DNA of 64,000 bases from Lytechinus pictus. Its lineage: Eukaryota. The translations under genes and the position numbers were made by a program. Below are positions 14,412 to 27,681 of this stretch, in pieces; position 1 is the stretch's first letter; every line of letters starts with the position of its first letter. The stretch lies in contig NC_087252.1 in assembly GCF_037042905.1 (NCBI RefSeq), positions 12,340,001-12,404,000 of the forward strand, in the 5' to 3' direction. The notes beneath the pieces are model-generated. The model searched no databases. It had not been told where the DNA came from and saw only the letters and a program-made list of their open reading frames with translations.

Positions 14412-15648
14412 TTATTTATCAATACCCACAGAATTAATTTCAGCAGAAAAAGGTTTCAGGCATTTGCCAGGCCTCTTGATATTCTCATAAATTCCCTCCT
14501 CTCCCACAACACATCCCTGACGCTTCAGCTTATTTGAAGACACGTAGTTTGCTCTGTAAGATTTATCAGGCGGGACACAGATAGGGTTGTCCATCATCTG
14601 CGTGGCGTTCATTCCACCGGCCAGTCTGTCAGTCTTTGCTCTGATCGTGTTTATACGAAATGAAGAACTTTTCTTGGGCGTAGGTTCCGGTCGTCTTCTT
14701 TTCACCACGTCCTGCAACCAAGATGGTTAATTATACTAAGGTGTTAGTAAAATCAATACTATCACACCAACATCATAGACTGAATACTAACCTATGTTAT
14801 GCTATATTCGAAACAAGATAATGTTTTATCGGCCTGGGTTAGTTTTGTTGATGTGGCTGTGGCAAATAAGCATCTGTAGAAGGATCTTCAAGTACAAGAC
14901 GGCCCGTGTCATAAGGGTAACAACTATTGCATCATTGTAAAATTCGTTCTGAAAACATCTTATACTTGATAATACCAACTTTGTTTCTGTAGTTCATTTT
15001 AGAATAACCCGTTCGATGAAAAGGACATTCAATCGACAGTTCACGCTTCGCGATGAGCGACGGATTCAAGAACACAGTCATTGTATTGAAAATGCCCGTA
15101 AAATGGCATTGAACTGATGGGGTCTTTGTCGAAAACTGGTTAACCGAATCACCGGAATAGCATTTTCGTCCGAAATTTCGGAGGTGACGTAAACTTTTCA
15201 ATATGTTGTTTGTTGAGAGTCCATGATGAAACTGTTGTTTTGATTCGCCAATTTCTAACAAAGACTTATTGGTCGTTTTTTTTTATAAAGGGCAGTTAAC
15301 ATCCTTTTTCTATATTCTTGAGTCTGTCATACATCGCAGAATGAAAAATCTGTCATATCAGTTATCAGCAGTAGCATGTAAATTCTTACCGAATCGTTTT
15401 CTAAATTTGCGCTTTCTTGAATGCCCTCTGTTTCATCTGCTTCGAAGACATAGGTGATTGCAGGGTGTTCTGAAAGAAAGAAGAAAAATTTAGAAGGATT
15501 TACGCTTATAAGTAATACAATTCCTTTACGACTACGTCTACCCCCACCCAACTTTAATGTCGGTTTCTCTTCCCCATTGGCGGCGGAAGCAAACAAATTT
15601 AGGGGGTCCACCTGAAATTTTGTGATGGACACAGATAAAAATTTGACA

Positions 15649-15679
<31 letters not shown>

Positions 15680-18600
15680 GGTTATCAACTAACAATTTAG
15701 GGGGGATCGTTCCCCCTTAAATTTAGGGGGGAATTATCCCCCCGCCCCCCCCCCCCCCGCTTCCGCCGCCTATGCTCTTCCCCCTCTGGATGGGTTTTCC
15801 ATTTCCCTTTCATGCTTACTTAAACAAAAACACATAAGCACCGACAAACCGGCATCAACAATACACACAACAATCATAGGCTGATTATTATTTTTTTTTT
15901 TGCCTAATGTACGCGATGATTGCGCTTTTCACCGGCCAACTTCACCGGCGAAGTTCGCCAGCGAAGAGGAAAGTGTCCAGTATGAAAGGTACACAGGAGA
16001 ACTTCAGCGGTGAAGTTCGCTGGCCAACTTCTCCACCTCTAGAGGTGGAGACCGGCGAAGTTCGCCGGTGAAAAGACCAGTATGAAAGCAAACCGGAGTA
16101 CTTCTCCTCTTTAATGACGTCAGAGGTCAATTTTTCTCTCTCCCGAAGTCCCCTGTACCGAGATTCCGCGCGCGAAAAGTTGCAAGCTCAGCTGAATGCT
16201 ATGGCCAAGTAGAAACCCTCGAACATATTTTTTGTATACTAACAATATTTATAAAAAAGCACTTTTTACATGTATAAAATGCGCTAAAATATAAAACAAG
16301 GTGATATTGTTTGTTTTTCTCGTAATACTTTCAAACTATGTTGTAATTAATTTTTGTTATACCTTTTTGTAATAGGTAAGAAGTAATGTTTACAATTTTC
16401 TTTCGTTTTGTTCTGCAATCGCCCGTTGACTTTCGCCGGGGAAGAAATGTCAGTGCGAAAGGGTACATTTTTTTCTTCGCCGGGGAAGTGATGAATGCGA
16501 GGCGGAGAAGTTCGCCGGTGAAAAATGAAGAGAGCAGTATGAAAGGGGTATTAAAAGCCACTTCAACCTGACACCACTATTGTACATAGGGCGCGGGGGC
16601 AGGGGGCAGACCCCCCCCCCCATTCCTCCTCTGTAAAAGAATTTTCATAAACTTTTGTGTCTGTCAGGAAACTTTTGGCGAGAAAGTGCTTTAGCAAGTG
16701 GTGTTGGCCTTTAAAAAAAAAGAAAAACAATATAACCCTCATTTGTAGATACCCTACTGCCTGACGTCATTGTTAGTTTTCAATTCAAGAAGGGGCAAGA
16801 TGTAACAACTTGAAATTTACCTTTTGCTTTGTTTACTCGACCTTCGCCACGACACTTTATCTTTAATAACAGAATCACAATGGCAACGGTGAGAGCAAAG
16901 AGTAACACAGCAAGGCAACACACGAGGTACAAGTAGATTGCGACCAGATTTCCCTGTGTCTGTACAGCTAGAGTTGGGGGAGGGGAGAAGAAAATGGATT
17001 GGGCGGGGCTTTTTTGTACACTGTATATATTATTTTTTGAACTGCAATAGACATTACATGATATAAAATGTGTGACATCATTTACATTATCAAAGGGGGA
17101 GTTTACCCTTACAATATGTTTTTTAAAAATAATGATTATCACTAACGAATTGATGGGAGACTATTTTCCAGGCAAAGGACATTTAAAAAGACCTTCGACA
17201 ATTTTCTGCATATATTGTGGCTTCCTATGTTTTCTTTGGCAATGAAGAAATATAAATAGAATTCGAAGAAACCAGAACATTGACGTTGAAGAAAAATGAA
17301 AGCGTTTGAATAATAATACATTCTTCCAAATTTATATTGTTCTGAGCACTTTTCATTTTCTGCGAAACTGTGCCATGCAATGAGTGGGCGTACAACTATA
17401 TCGTAAAAAAACAAAGCAAAGCATTAATCATACAAATTTTATGTTTCGTTTTAAGATTATTTTAATAACACAAGACACGTGAAATGGATAAAACATAAAC
17501 ATATATCATATTTTTGGTAAATATGTAACAACGAATAGCATTTGATGCTTAATCACTGTGCAACAAATTTATTTTCAGTTTCGGTAAATTGACATAAGAA
17601 TTTTGAACAATACTTTGGTTGTCAAATAACTTGTTAGTTTTGCCAGCATTTTATCACCAAAAGTGGCCGATGTCATTAACAAGTGGAATGCCTCTGGCGG
17701 TCTCACCTGCATCACGCGATTCAATATAGCAGCAGTGCTGACTTTGAAAACTACTACAAAATAATTATTCACAAAAAACACCATTCATATAATGATACAA
17801 TACTACGTTCATTGACATTTGACCTTGATCATGTGACTTAAAACTTGTCAGTGATACTTGATTACCCCTATATCCACATTTTATACACTATAAACTTTGA
17901 AAGTTATGACAGCAATCTAATAATTACCTCTAAAATTGCCAAAGTTCAATGGCCTTAAATGACCTTTGACTTTCGTCATGTGACTTAAAACTCGCATGAG
18001 ATACTCAGTGATACTTGATGACTCTTGATGTCCAAGATGCTATTCGTTGTTACTTGATGTCCAAGTTTTATGAACTAGACCAATATACTTACAGAGTTAT
18101 GATGGTAATTCAACAAATACCCCCAACATGGCCAAAGTCTATAGACCTTTGACCATGGTCATGTGACCTGAAACTTGCACAAGACGTTCAGTGATACTTG
18201 GTTACTCTTATGTCCACGTTTTATGAACTAGACCAATAAACTATCAAAGTTATGACGGTAATTCAACAAATCCCCCCAACTTGGCCAAAGTTCATTGACC
18301 TTACATGACCTTTGACCTTGATCATGTGACCTGAAACTTGCACAGGATGTTTAGTGATACTTGATTACTCTTATGTCCAAGTTTCATGAATCGGATCGAA
18401 AAACTTTTGAAGTTATAATGGTAATTCAACAGATACCCCCAATTTGGCCAAAGCTCATTGACTCCAAATGACCTTTGACCTTGATCGTGTGACGTGAAAC
18501 TCAAGCGGGATGTTCAGTTATACTTGATTAATCTTATGTCCAAGTTTCATGAACTAGGTCCATATACTTTTTAAGGTATGCTGTCATTTCAAAAACTTCG

Positions 18601-19337
18601 GTTAAGATTTGGTGTTGATTCCCCCAACATAGTCTAAGTTCATTGACCCTAAATGACCTTTGACCTTAATCATGTTACATGAAACTAAGGCAAGATGTTA
18701 AGTGATACTTGATTAACCTTATGGCCAAGTTTCACGAACTAGGTCCATATACTTTTTAAGTTATGCTGTCATTACAAAAACTTTGGTGTTGACGCCGTCG
18801 GAAAAGCGGCGCCTATAGTCTCACTCTGCTTCGCAGGTAAGACAAAAATTAGATATCTGCTTGTATCCAAGATTGAAAAATTAATTATAAGCTGTATTTG
18901 ATTATGTCAATTTTAAGATCACTGAAACTTGAAAAAAAATGACAACGTTTTTTAAAAAATATTCGAATAGCCTAAGAGGATTTGACCCTAATTTCAAACA
19001 AAAATTGTTTTAGGAGAAATGAACATTTTAATATCTCTATATGAATTTAAAGGGTCCCCCGGCTGTGAACTGACTACCGTCCTTATTAATTTCGGGGGGG
19101 GGGGGGTGGGTGATATCGTACTTATGAAGATCGAATGGTTTTGGCAGGTTGTCCACGTTGAAAGCAACACCTCGGAAACCGGAACTAATGTTCCCTGAAC
19201 TTTGACCTTTGACCCTCTGCTCACACAGACTGTCTCGGATAATGACCAATCTTCACGATCAGTGCTTATGTTCCAGTCCGGAAAGCAAGCTCCCAATTTT
19301 TCCGCGGTGTCATCTGTATTCAGGCCTGAAGCGAAAA
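14412..19337 (-). CDS. Unidentified single-pass transmembrane protein with tyrosine-containing cytoplasmic tail (5' exon unresolved)
   Basis: Exons 19337-19122 (phase 1-1, Cys- and sequon-containing ectodomain), 16967-16821 (phase 1-1, hydrophobic LVAIYLYLVCCLAVLLFALTVAIVILLL followed by KIKCR), 15469-15390 (phase 1-0), 14711-14412 (ends ...GIYENIKRPG...GIDK*). All have AG/GT ends and join in one open frame of about 247 aa. Confidence 0.72.
15575..15774. mobile_element. hAT-type MITE
   Basis: TIR cattggcggcggaagc / gcttccgccgcctatg, 8-bp TSD ctcttccc on both sides. Confidence 0.85.
15925..16552. mobile_element. Non-autonomous DNA transposon remnant with repeated ttcgccggcgaag-like palindromes
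   Basis: Multiple ttcaccggcgaagttcgcc motifs at both ends, terminal tatgaaaggggtatta. Confidence 0.5.
17678..18848. mobile_element. Helentron/HINE-like (Tsp/pearl-type architecture) element with internal ~120-bp tandem array
   Basis: Starts AACAAG, subterminal gtctcacctgc near 17700 pairs with gcaggtaagac at 18833, terminal hairpin ctgc-ttc-gcag, about 8 internal units containing tgacctttgacc. Confidence 0.7.
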
Positions 19338-19496
19338 CTGAGAAGAGACAGAGAGAATTAAAAATAGAAAATTGGGAGGAATGGGAGGGGAAATTCCGAA
19401 TGGGCGAGGCGATGGGTGGGAGTGTCGGTGTGTATGGGGAGGGGGGGGGGGGAGTGCTACGGTCGATGTGGTGTCAGGATGGGTATGCGTGAGAGT

Positions 19497-20928
19497 CAGT
19501 GGCGTAGCTAGGATTTTTTTCCTGGGGGGCACTGGGGGGTCCTTGCTTAGTTCAGGGGGGCAACATTTTTTTTCTGTGTGTGTGCGCATGTGTCACAAGG
19601 GCGGATCCAACTTTCGCCTATAAGGGGGGGGGGGGCACGAAATTATCTTCACCTATATTTTCCCTGATCAGTCACTTCTTAGCTTTATTCTTATAAAACA
19701 ACATAAATATGAAATAATCTCATGACATAAGCCCTATATAAAAGTGCGAACGCGAAGCGCGAGCAGCGAATTTTTTTATATTATGTATTTTGTCCTGAAA
19801 ATTAAATATTCTGGGCAATGTTTGTGATCCTGAACAAGATGCGTATGTAACTAGATAATTACTGCGAACGCCAAGCGCGAGCAGAAATTTTAAACAAATG
19901 TTCTAACATGATCAGAAAGGAACCTGTAAAGGACTGTTTACAGGCTACCCACGAATACGGTACATATTTCAATAATGGGAGCGCGAAGCGCGAGCTAAAA
20001 CTTGTTGACATTATGAAAATGATGACAATCTTCCTATTATTCCTAAGCTTGTCGATATTCCATTCTGAAAAGACCCAATTTAGTTAATTCATGAAAATGT
20101 TATTTTCTTATTTGTTAATCTAATATGCGTAATGACAGCGTGGAAGTTGTTGGTTTTAAGGCTTGAAAACTAGAAATTGTAAGCATTTTGTAATTATGAA
20201 TACGCCTTACAATGGTTAATACATTTTAACAATTAATGCGAGCGCAAATCGCGAGCTGAATTTTTTAAATAAGTGTAATGAAAAGGCCTGGAGTTTTGTT
20301 TGCCTAATTTACATAATATAGAACTGATATATGGTACTCGCCAATCAAAATGCGAGTGTGCAGCGCTAACTTATAGGCGTTTTGACAGTAACATCTGAAA
20401 ATTGATATTTCGAGAACTTTATGGAATACACGAAGACAATAGGAACTTGGCAAATCAAATAATGCGACCACGCAGCGTGAGCTTAAAATGTTGATATGTA
20501 GACCATATTAACCGACATTTTACAAAGTGCAATAAATTTGTAAATGGAAAAAAAAATAATGAAAGCTTGATGTCCGAGCTGAAATATGTTTTGAATATTG
20601 ACTCAAAAACTTGATATTTTAAGCTCCATATCAGCTTATTGAGCAAGATGTGAATCTCATCGAACAGGCAATTCGAGCGCGAAGCGCGAGCGAAAATTTT
20701 ATTTAGTAGCATGAAAGATTTTTTTTAGAAGTCTTCCCCCAACATTATTATATTCACTCGTCTTCCTCCTCTTATTTTCATCTTCTTCTCTTTCTGTCTT
20801 TCGCCTTCTTTTTCTTTTTTTCTTTTTCATCTTTCTCCTTTTTTTTTTGCTTCGCCAATTTTTTTCAGGGGGGCACCTGGGGGGCACGTGCCCCCCCCCC
20901 AGGCCCCCCATCCGTAGCTACGCCACTG
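19497..20928. mobile_element. hAT-type non-autonomous transposon, 1.43 kb
   Basis: TIR cagtggcgtagcta / tagctacgccactg, 8-bp TSD gtgagagt, internal gcgcgaagcgcgagc repeats. Confidence 0.88.
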
Positions 20929-21249
20929 GTGAGAGTGTATATTAAAGGGAAAGACAAAAAGGTTTGGAGAGGATGAATGGCAAATTGTAGGGAAAAGGAT
21001 GCGGCTGTGGGGCGTTACGGTTAATCTGGGTGTTGGTGTATAAGAGAGGGAGAGAGCTCTGGGGTAAAAGACAAAATATCGGGAGAGGGGGAGGGGCGAG
21101 TTGGTGGCACATCATTTTGAGTGGCCAGAAGTCGGGAGATGTGCATGTTTGTGTAGGAGGGGGTTGTGTCACTAATTTATATAGTATGTGTAGGCCTATG
21201 TGGGAAAGACACAAGATTGGTAGAGGGGTAAATCGTGTGTGAGGAAGCC

Positions 21250-21488
21250 AATAGTGCGCCTAAAATTATGTTTGTTTGTTTGATTATTAACCATGCATAA
21301 TGGAAAAAAAAATTGACAGAATATAATAGTGCGCGTAAAATTATGTTTGTTTGTTTGATTATTAACAATGCATAATGGAAAAAAAAACAAATTGACAGAA
21401 TATAATAGTGCGCGTAAAATTATGTTTGTTTGTTTGATTATTAACCATGCATAATGGAAAAAAAACAAATTGACAGAATATAATATAA
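21250..21488. repeat. Tandem repeat, 3 copies of ~80 bp
   Basis: aatagtgcgcgtaaaattatgtttgtttgtttgattattaaccatgcataatggaaaa...ttgacagaat repeated three times. Confidence 0.9.
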
Positions 21489-22863
21489 TGTTTTATTCAT
21501 GATAATAATACACAGTAGGAATCAAGCATATGCAAATTATGTTGGAAATGCAGAGTCCTTTGAATAACATCGTAGAGTTATAAGTAACATGGCTAGCTAG
21601 ATGTGTGTGGTGGATGTGTCCACTGAGGCTGTGCGTGCGTGTGTGTGGGTGTGAGGGAGTGTGGGTGAGTGTGTGTGTGTGTGTGAGATAGAGGGGGTAG
21701 AGAACACACATAAAATAGAGAGGGGGCTGGAGGGAGATGAAAACAATTGATTCGGTGATGTGATTCAATCATCAGTTTTGAATGAAAGAAAATACAACCA
21801 TTATGACCATTGTGGGGAGCTAAAAATTATTTTCAATTTGAAAGAAGAAAAAATAAATGATAAAAGTACCACTTGGAACAAAATTGACAATATATTAGTG
21901 CCGCTGAAATGTGATACCCGCACACAAAAAAAAAAAAAACTATTCCTATTATTATTGTCACTTATGATTAATCACAACTCCAGTAAATGCAATCAACTCT
22001 CTGGCTTTTTGTTCATAGTGATACATTAGAATATTGTGTCTAATTATATACTATTTTCCCAACTTACCTATATTCCATAAGGATGATATGACGACAATGG
22101 GGTATCGCATTATTCGACAAGGCGAGTTCACCAAAAGCATATCGAAAATTCTGAGTTCAAGAAGAAAAAAAAAATCGCTAGCCCACAATCAGAACATATC
22201 ACCGACAGTGGTCACTTTCCTTTAACCTGCTCAATTTCTAGGTTGTGGTGCTGGTAGCGGTGACGACTACGATATAATGCCGACGACGATGATGGTGTGG
22301 TGATGATGACGATGGTGGCAGAGATGGATATATTTTGCCACAAGTGTAAATGCAAAAACGAAAGAACAGCGTATGATTAATCTCTTGCTGCAGTAAATAA
22401 TAAGCCAGTGTGTCTGTTTAAGACCTCAAATCATTACTTATTGATTATGAAAGATTGATATAAAGTAAACTAACACACAACTACCCGTCTGTAAGCGATA
22501 CCATACATGGTCTGTTGTGTTCATTGTGTACTTCCGGAAATGTAAACACTTGATATTTCCTTCTAAGTGCGAACCTCATCATTAAATGTATTCTTTATGT
22601 TCATCATATTATAAGCAGCTCTTATGGTATGAAAATGAAACATCAAATGGAGAACGAGAAAGTGACGTAGATATGTGTCCTGTATGTGAGTGGAATTCAA
22701 GTACTCTAGATGGATTTAACCTTTTACTAAAAACGAAATTAAAAATATGTTACTAAAATGATAGAATAAATTGGGCATTTAGAAAGAATTTAAAAATGAA
22801 TTCCATACAAACAAAGTTATTGTTTGATTGTGATAAAAAAAGCTCCAAACTGATTTCAGTATA

Positions 22864-23940
22864 TGAAGAGTTTTGTTGCAAAAGGGGGTAGGTCCACTTT
22901 GGACTATTTCGAGAAAAATCATGTTTTTTTATTCTCACTTATTGCAATATTCTTATGAAAAACTTAAAGGAGAATGAAACCCTTAAAACCAGCTGAATCT
23001 ATATCAAAGAGAAAAATCATAGAAACATATTGTTGAAAGTTTGAGGAAGATTGAATGAATAATAAGAAAGTTATGAGCATTCGAATATTGAGATCACTAG
23101 TGCCATGTAGATCCTCCCAACGGCAATGCGACCAAGATCTGTGATATCACACACGTACAACTCCCTCATTACTTTAGTACTTATTTCACTTATATTCTCA
23201 CTTTTATAGAGTCTATCACAAGGTGAGGTGTTCTCTTTATGAGATGACAAGTACAGAGGTTTCACAACATTATATCATTGATGAATCGTTTGTCATATGA
23301 TTAGAATGAGCAAAAAGAGATGTTTTGGGGTATATTTTCAGTGTCCAAATGGGAGAGTTGTACGTGTGTGACATCACAGATCTTGGTCGCATTACCAATG
23401 GGAGGATCTCCATAGCATTAGTGATCTCGACATTCAAATGCTCATAACTCTTTTATTGCTAGTCCTATTTTACTCAAAGTTTTGTTGATCTTATTCTTTG
23501 ATTTTTCTGCTTTCACAAAAGCTAACTTGCTCCAAGAGTTTCATTCTCCTTTAATAATGTTGTCATGGTGTACAATCTTATCATGTAAACATACATTTGG
23601 GTATAAAAGAAATCTACCTGTCTTCAATTTTTTTAATATATTAAAAAAAAATTATTAAAAAAAAAAATTATTTGTGGACTGACCTTTCGCAAGCAAACTG
23701 AAACGAATCCAATCTCTTTTGAATAAAAACAGTGATTTTACTTTGCCACTTTATTTATGGACCTAACCCCTTTTGACAAATAAGCGCTTCAGAAGAGTTT
23801 GGTTGCAAAGGGGGTTAGGTCCACTGCAAGAAAATCATTTTTTTTATTCTCCCATATTGCAATATTCTCGTGCGAAACTAAATTTTCATGATAACATACC
23901 ATGTGAACATAAAGTTGGGTATAACAGAAATGGTCTAGCT
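22864..23940. mobile_element. Second copy of the same TIR dimer, interrupted by a TTAA MITE and truncated
   Basis: Colinear with 8727-9300 on both sides of the 22968-23550 insertion, with the same unit junction (..cttcagaagagtttgg..) near 23790. Confidence 0.75.
22968..23550. mobile_element. Kolobok/T2-type MITE copy 1 (583 bp)
   Basis: TTAA TSD, TIR aggagaatgaaac / gtttcattctcct, ~100-bp internal inverted repeat. Confidence 0.9.
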
Positions 23941-24007
23941 GACTTCTCAATTTAGAAAAAAAGATGGCGGAATTTCAACACCTTTTTATATAATTCTGGT
24001 GTAGGCC

Positions 24008-24182
24008 CACTAGCGTACCTACGGGGGGGGGGGGGGCAGGGGGGGGGCACTCTGCCCCCCCTGACGAGTCACAACCCATGCAAAACGTATCTTTGCCCCC
24101 CCCCTGACGAGCTTGAGAAACCTTTTTTGCCCCCCCCTGACGAGCTTTAAGACCTTTAATGCCCCCCTGACGAGCTTGAAGA

Positions 24183-24221
<39 letters not shown>

Positions 24222-24263
24222 TGTCAATTTTTTTCTGGTACGAAATCCTTTATTTGTGATCGA

Positions 24264-24299
<36 letters not shown>

Positions 24300-24360
24300 T
24301 GTCAAATTTTTTGGTGGACGGTTTTGCCCCCCCATGTGGAAAATCCTAGGTACGCCACTG
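24008..24360. mobile_element. hAT-type MITE
   Basis: TIR cactagcgtaccta / taggtacgccactg, 8-bp TSD tgtaggcc, internal gccccccctgacgag repeats. Confidence 0.85.
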
Positions 24361-25130
24361 TGTAGGCCTTTAATAACCACTGTACAAGCTAGGGAAAAAG
24401 GAGGGATCCATGAAAATACAAAGGTTTATGAGTGTGTAGAACCCTCGAATAGAAATCATAAATCGACTCAGTTGTCAGATCTGACTTATCATGATCAGGC
24501 GAAAAAGTAATTAGGAAACGGATCCTAAAGTCTAGCTTATATATGTTTATTTTGATTGATTGATTGATTGATTAATTGATTGGTTGAATGATTCATTGAT
24601 TGATTGAATTGCCGATTGATTGATGACGAATTCAGTTCACTTCAGCTTCAAATTTTCAACAAAATCATTAAAGTAAGGCGAAATATAAACAACTAACAAG
24701 TTAATGAACCGAAAAGGAATCAGCTTCGGGATTAGCTCCATCACAAATTCAAAATAGGCCTACTAAAAACCGGTACTCTACAGCTTACAAGCGGTTATAC
24801 AAGCCTATAGGTGAGGATCTCATATCTGCATGGCAAGCTATATAATTTATATTCAAATTTTGAGAAAAAGATAAGCATTTATAACAGGGGCCGCGGAAGC
24901 GGGAGGCTTGGTGGTGGCTTCAGCCCCCCACTTTTTTTTCCAAAACCGTGTATAAAAAAACGTAAAAATGACCATATATATGATTTTGATTTTTTTGCAT
25001 GGTCAGCCCCCCACTTTTGACTCAGCCCCCCCTCCCCCCCAACCACCTTGAAAACCGTTCCGCCGCCCCTAGCTGTATAGCACAGTTAGTTTTATTCACT
25101 CTCTCTACTACATATATATTTATACATTAA

Positions 25131-25714
25131 AGGAGAATGAAACCCTTGAAACCAGCTGAATCCATATCAAAAAGAAAAATCAAAGAAACATATTGTTGAA
25201 AGTTTGAGGAAGATTGAATGAATAATAAGAAAGTTATGAGCATTTGAATATTGAGATCACTAATGCCATGTAGATCCTCCCATTGGCAATGCGACCAAGA
25301 TCTGTGATGTCACACACGTACAACTCCCTCATTACTTTAGTACTTATTTCACTTATATTCTCACTTTTATAGAGTCTATCACAAGGTGAGGTGTTCTTTT
25401 TATGAGAGGACAAGTACAGAGGTTTCACAACATTATATCATTGATGAATCGTTTGTCATATAATTAGAATGAGCAAAAAGAGATGTTTTGGGGTATATTT
25501 TCAGTGTCCAAAAGGGGAGAGTTGTTCATCTGTGACATCATAGATCTTGGTCGCATTGCCAATGTTAGGATCTCCATAGCATTAGTGATCTTGACATTCA
25601 AACGCTCATAACTCTTTTATTGCTAGTCCCATTTTACTCAAACTTTTGTTGATCTTATTCTTTGATTTTTCTGCTTTCACAAAAGCTAACTTGCTCCCAG
25701 AGTTTCATTCTCCT
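25131..25714. mobile_element. Kolobok/T2-type MITE copy 2 (584 bp)
   Basis: Near-identical to copy 1, same orientation, TTAA TSD. Confidence 0.9.
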
Positions 25715-25804
25715 TTAAGCCTACTAAAGAACCCCCCCCCCCGAGAAATTGACACCCAATCAAGTGATCCAGTGAGAGATCCACCCCCCCCCCCCTCGAA
25801 TTCC

Positions 25805-25905
25805 ACTTAACCCGGAAGCGCTATTAAACCGACGTGGAATCCCAAGCCGGATTTTCTCATCGCTGACATAGGCATAGCTAGATCTAGGACTATATAATAT
25901 TGGTA
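25805..25905 (+). promoter_or_regulatory. Candidate UBE4A promoter / non-coding first exon
   Basis: CCGGAAG ETS-type motif near 25812, CpG-richer stretch to about 26750, possible donor TTG|GTAAAG near 25902. The ATG exon is preceded by an acceptor AG at 30520-30521, implying an upstream UTR exon. Confidence 0.35.
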
Positions 25906-27057
25906 AAGTAATGTTTTTTAATCATATATTCTGAGTGTGTGTGTGTGAGTGAACAGCAAAACAAATGAAGTAAAATCTAGACGACTTTTTAATGCAATTT
26001 TTTACTCCGACTCGGTCCTCGGAGTCCGAGTGCAAAGCTAAGCGGTGATCGACGATTTCGCATGCTATATTTCGCGATCGCCTCTTGTCCCCGCCGCTCC
26101 GGCTCGCACGGCTGACTCGGTGTCGCCTCTAGTCTGTTCGGGCCTACTGGTAGTGAGAGAGTGAGACTTAGACTTGGAGTTCCATACATACATATAGGCC
26201 AATGATATAAATTAACGTTAGACTCAAGACTCTAAGTCTAACGTAAGCATGATTTTAGGGGTCAAAATATACTCCCCCCCCCAAAAAAAAATGGCCTTAT
26301 CGTGAATGTAGTCTCTAAATAGACTAATGAGTAATGTCGGTGTGTGCGTACGCGTTGTGTAACGTGAATCATGGGAGTTGAAAGAAGTATACCGAGGGTT
26401 CGTATACTAATATAATAATACTAACCTCGCAATACGTGTGATTGACCGAGGGCGAGGAGATCATTTGGGTGTGGAAATGACCCACAACAACAACGAACGA
26501 AGTCACCAGCGCTGACGAAATAAACGGCAGTGAATGGATTGGTGACTCGAACCAGGATAAATGCCAAAAATATGAAAGTGAAACAGCATTTCTAGCTTAG
26601 CCTAAGCCTAGGGCTAGGCGCACGAACAGAGTCTAACATAGTCATAGACAGCTGGCAGCCGTCTGTTTCGAGGAGTTTTTTTACATTTCTTATTTTTACT
26701 TCTCGTACACAGACGGCTCGCGATCGTGCAGCTCCCATAAGGGGATTAACAATGCAAAATCCCCCCGACGGGGCTCATCATTTTTTTTTCTTTATTCCAT
26801 AAAAATATATAAAAAGAACTGGACATGGACCAAAATAAAGATTATTAGATCTAGGCCTTTAGGGTCTAGGTCTAGGACCCTATTCCGTTTTGACCTGAAA
26901 TGCACAAAAAGAGGAAAATATAAACTTAAAAGGAAAAACAACAGTGACTTATGCACCTAATGACCTATCAATTGTAAGACGCACCCCTCGACCCCCGGGA
27001 ATGGTGTGTCATGGTAGGGTCATTTACCAACAGATTAGCGACGCAGGGTACCGTCAT

Positions 27058-27527
27058 GGCACATACATTCGTAATTCCGAAGCTTCATTATTCCGAAGGT
27101 TCCGATATTCCGAAGGTTCATTAGTCCGAAAATGAAATGAGGTTCGTAATTCTGAAGGTTCGTTTGTCTGAAAACGAAGTGAGGTTTGTAATTCCGAAGG
27201 TTCGTTAATCTGAAAACGAAATGAGGTTCGTAATTCCGAAGGTTCGTTAGTCCGAAAATGAAATGATTAATGAACCTTATTTCGTGTTTGGACTAACGAA
27301 CCTTCGGAACAACGAACCTTATTTCGTTCTCGGATTTACGAACCTTCGGAACAGCGTACCTTATTTCGTTTTCGGATTAACGAACCTTCGGAATAACGCC
27401 ACAAATGTTCGGATAAACAAACCCTTTTACGTTTTCAGATTAACGAACATCGAGGTATAGGCAATTTACGTGTTTCGGAATTACGAACCTTCAGAATAAA
27501 GAACCTTCGGAATTACGAAGTGTAACC
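27058..27527. mobile_element. Foldback element built of gttcgtaattccgaag subrepeats
   Basis: Left-half repeats are inverted relative to the right half, flanking direct repeat ccgtcat. Confidence 0.75.
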
Positions 27528-27681
27528 CCGTCATTGAAACATTTGGTCTATCACAGTTTGAGGATTGGGGTGCGTCAATGTCAGTCATTTTACCTGGGTG
27601 CGTCATGATGCCTCAGTGATACAAACGGGTATTAAAATGTTGTATAAAATCGGATCAAAATGAAATTGGATCGGCAGTTAA

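Noticed and set aside
14932..15261. 109-aa ORF inside the TM gene
   Set aside because: Falls in the intron between the phase-matched 15390 donor and 14711 acceptor, with no recognisable domain
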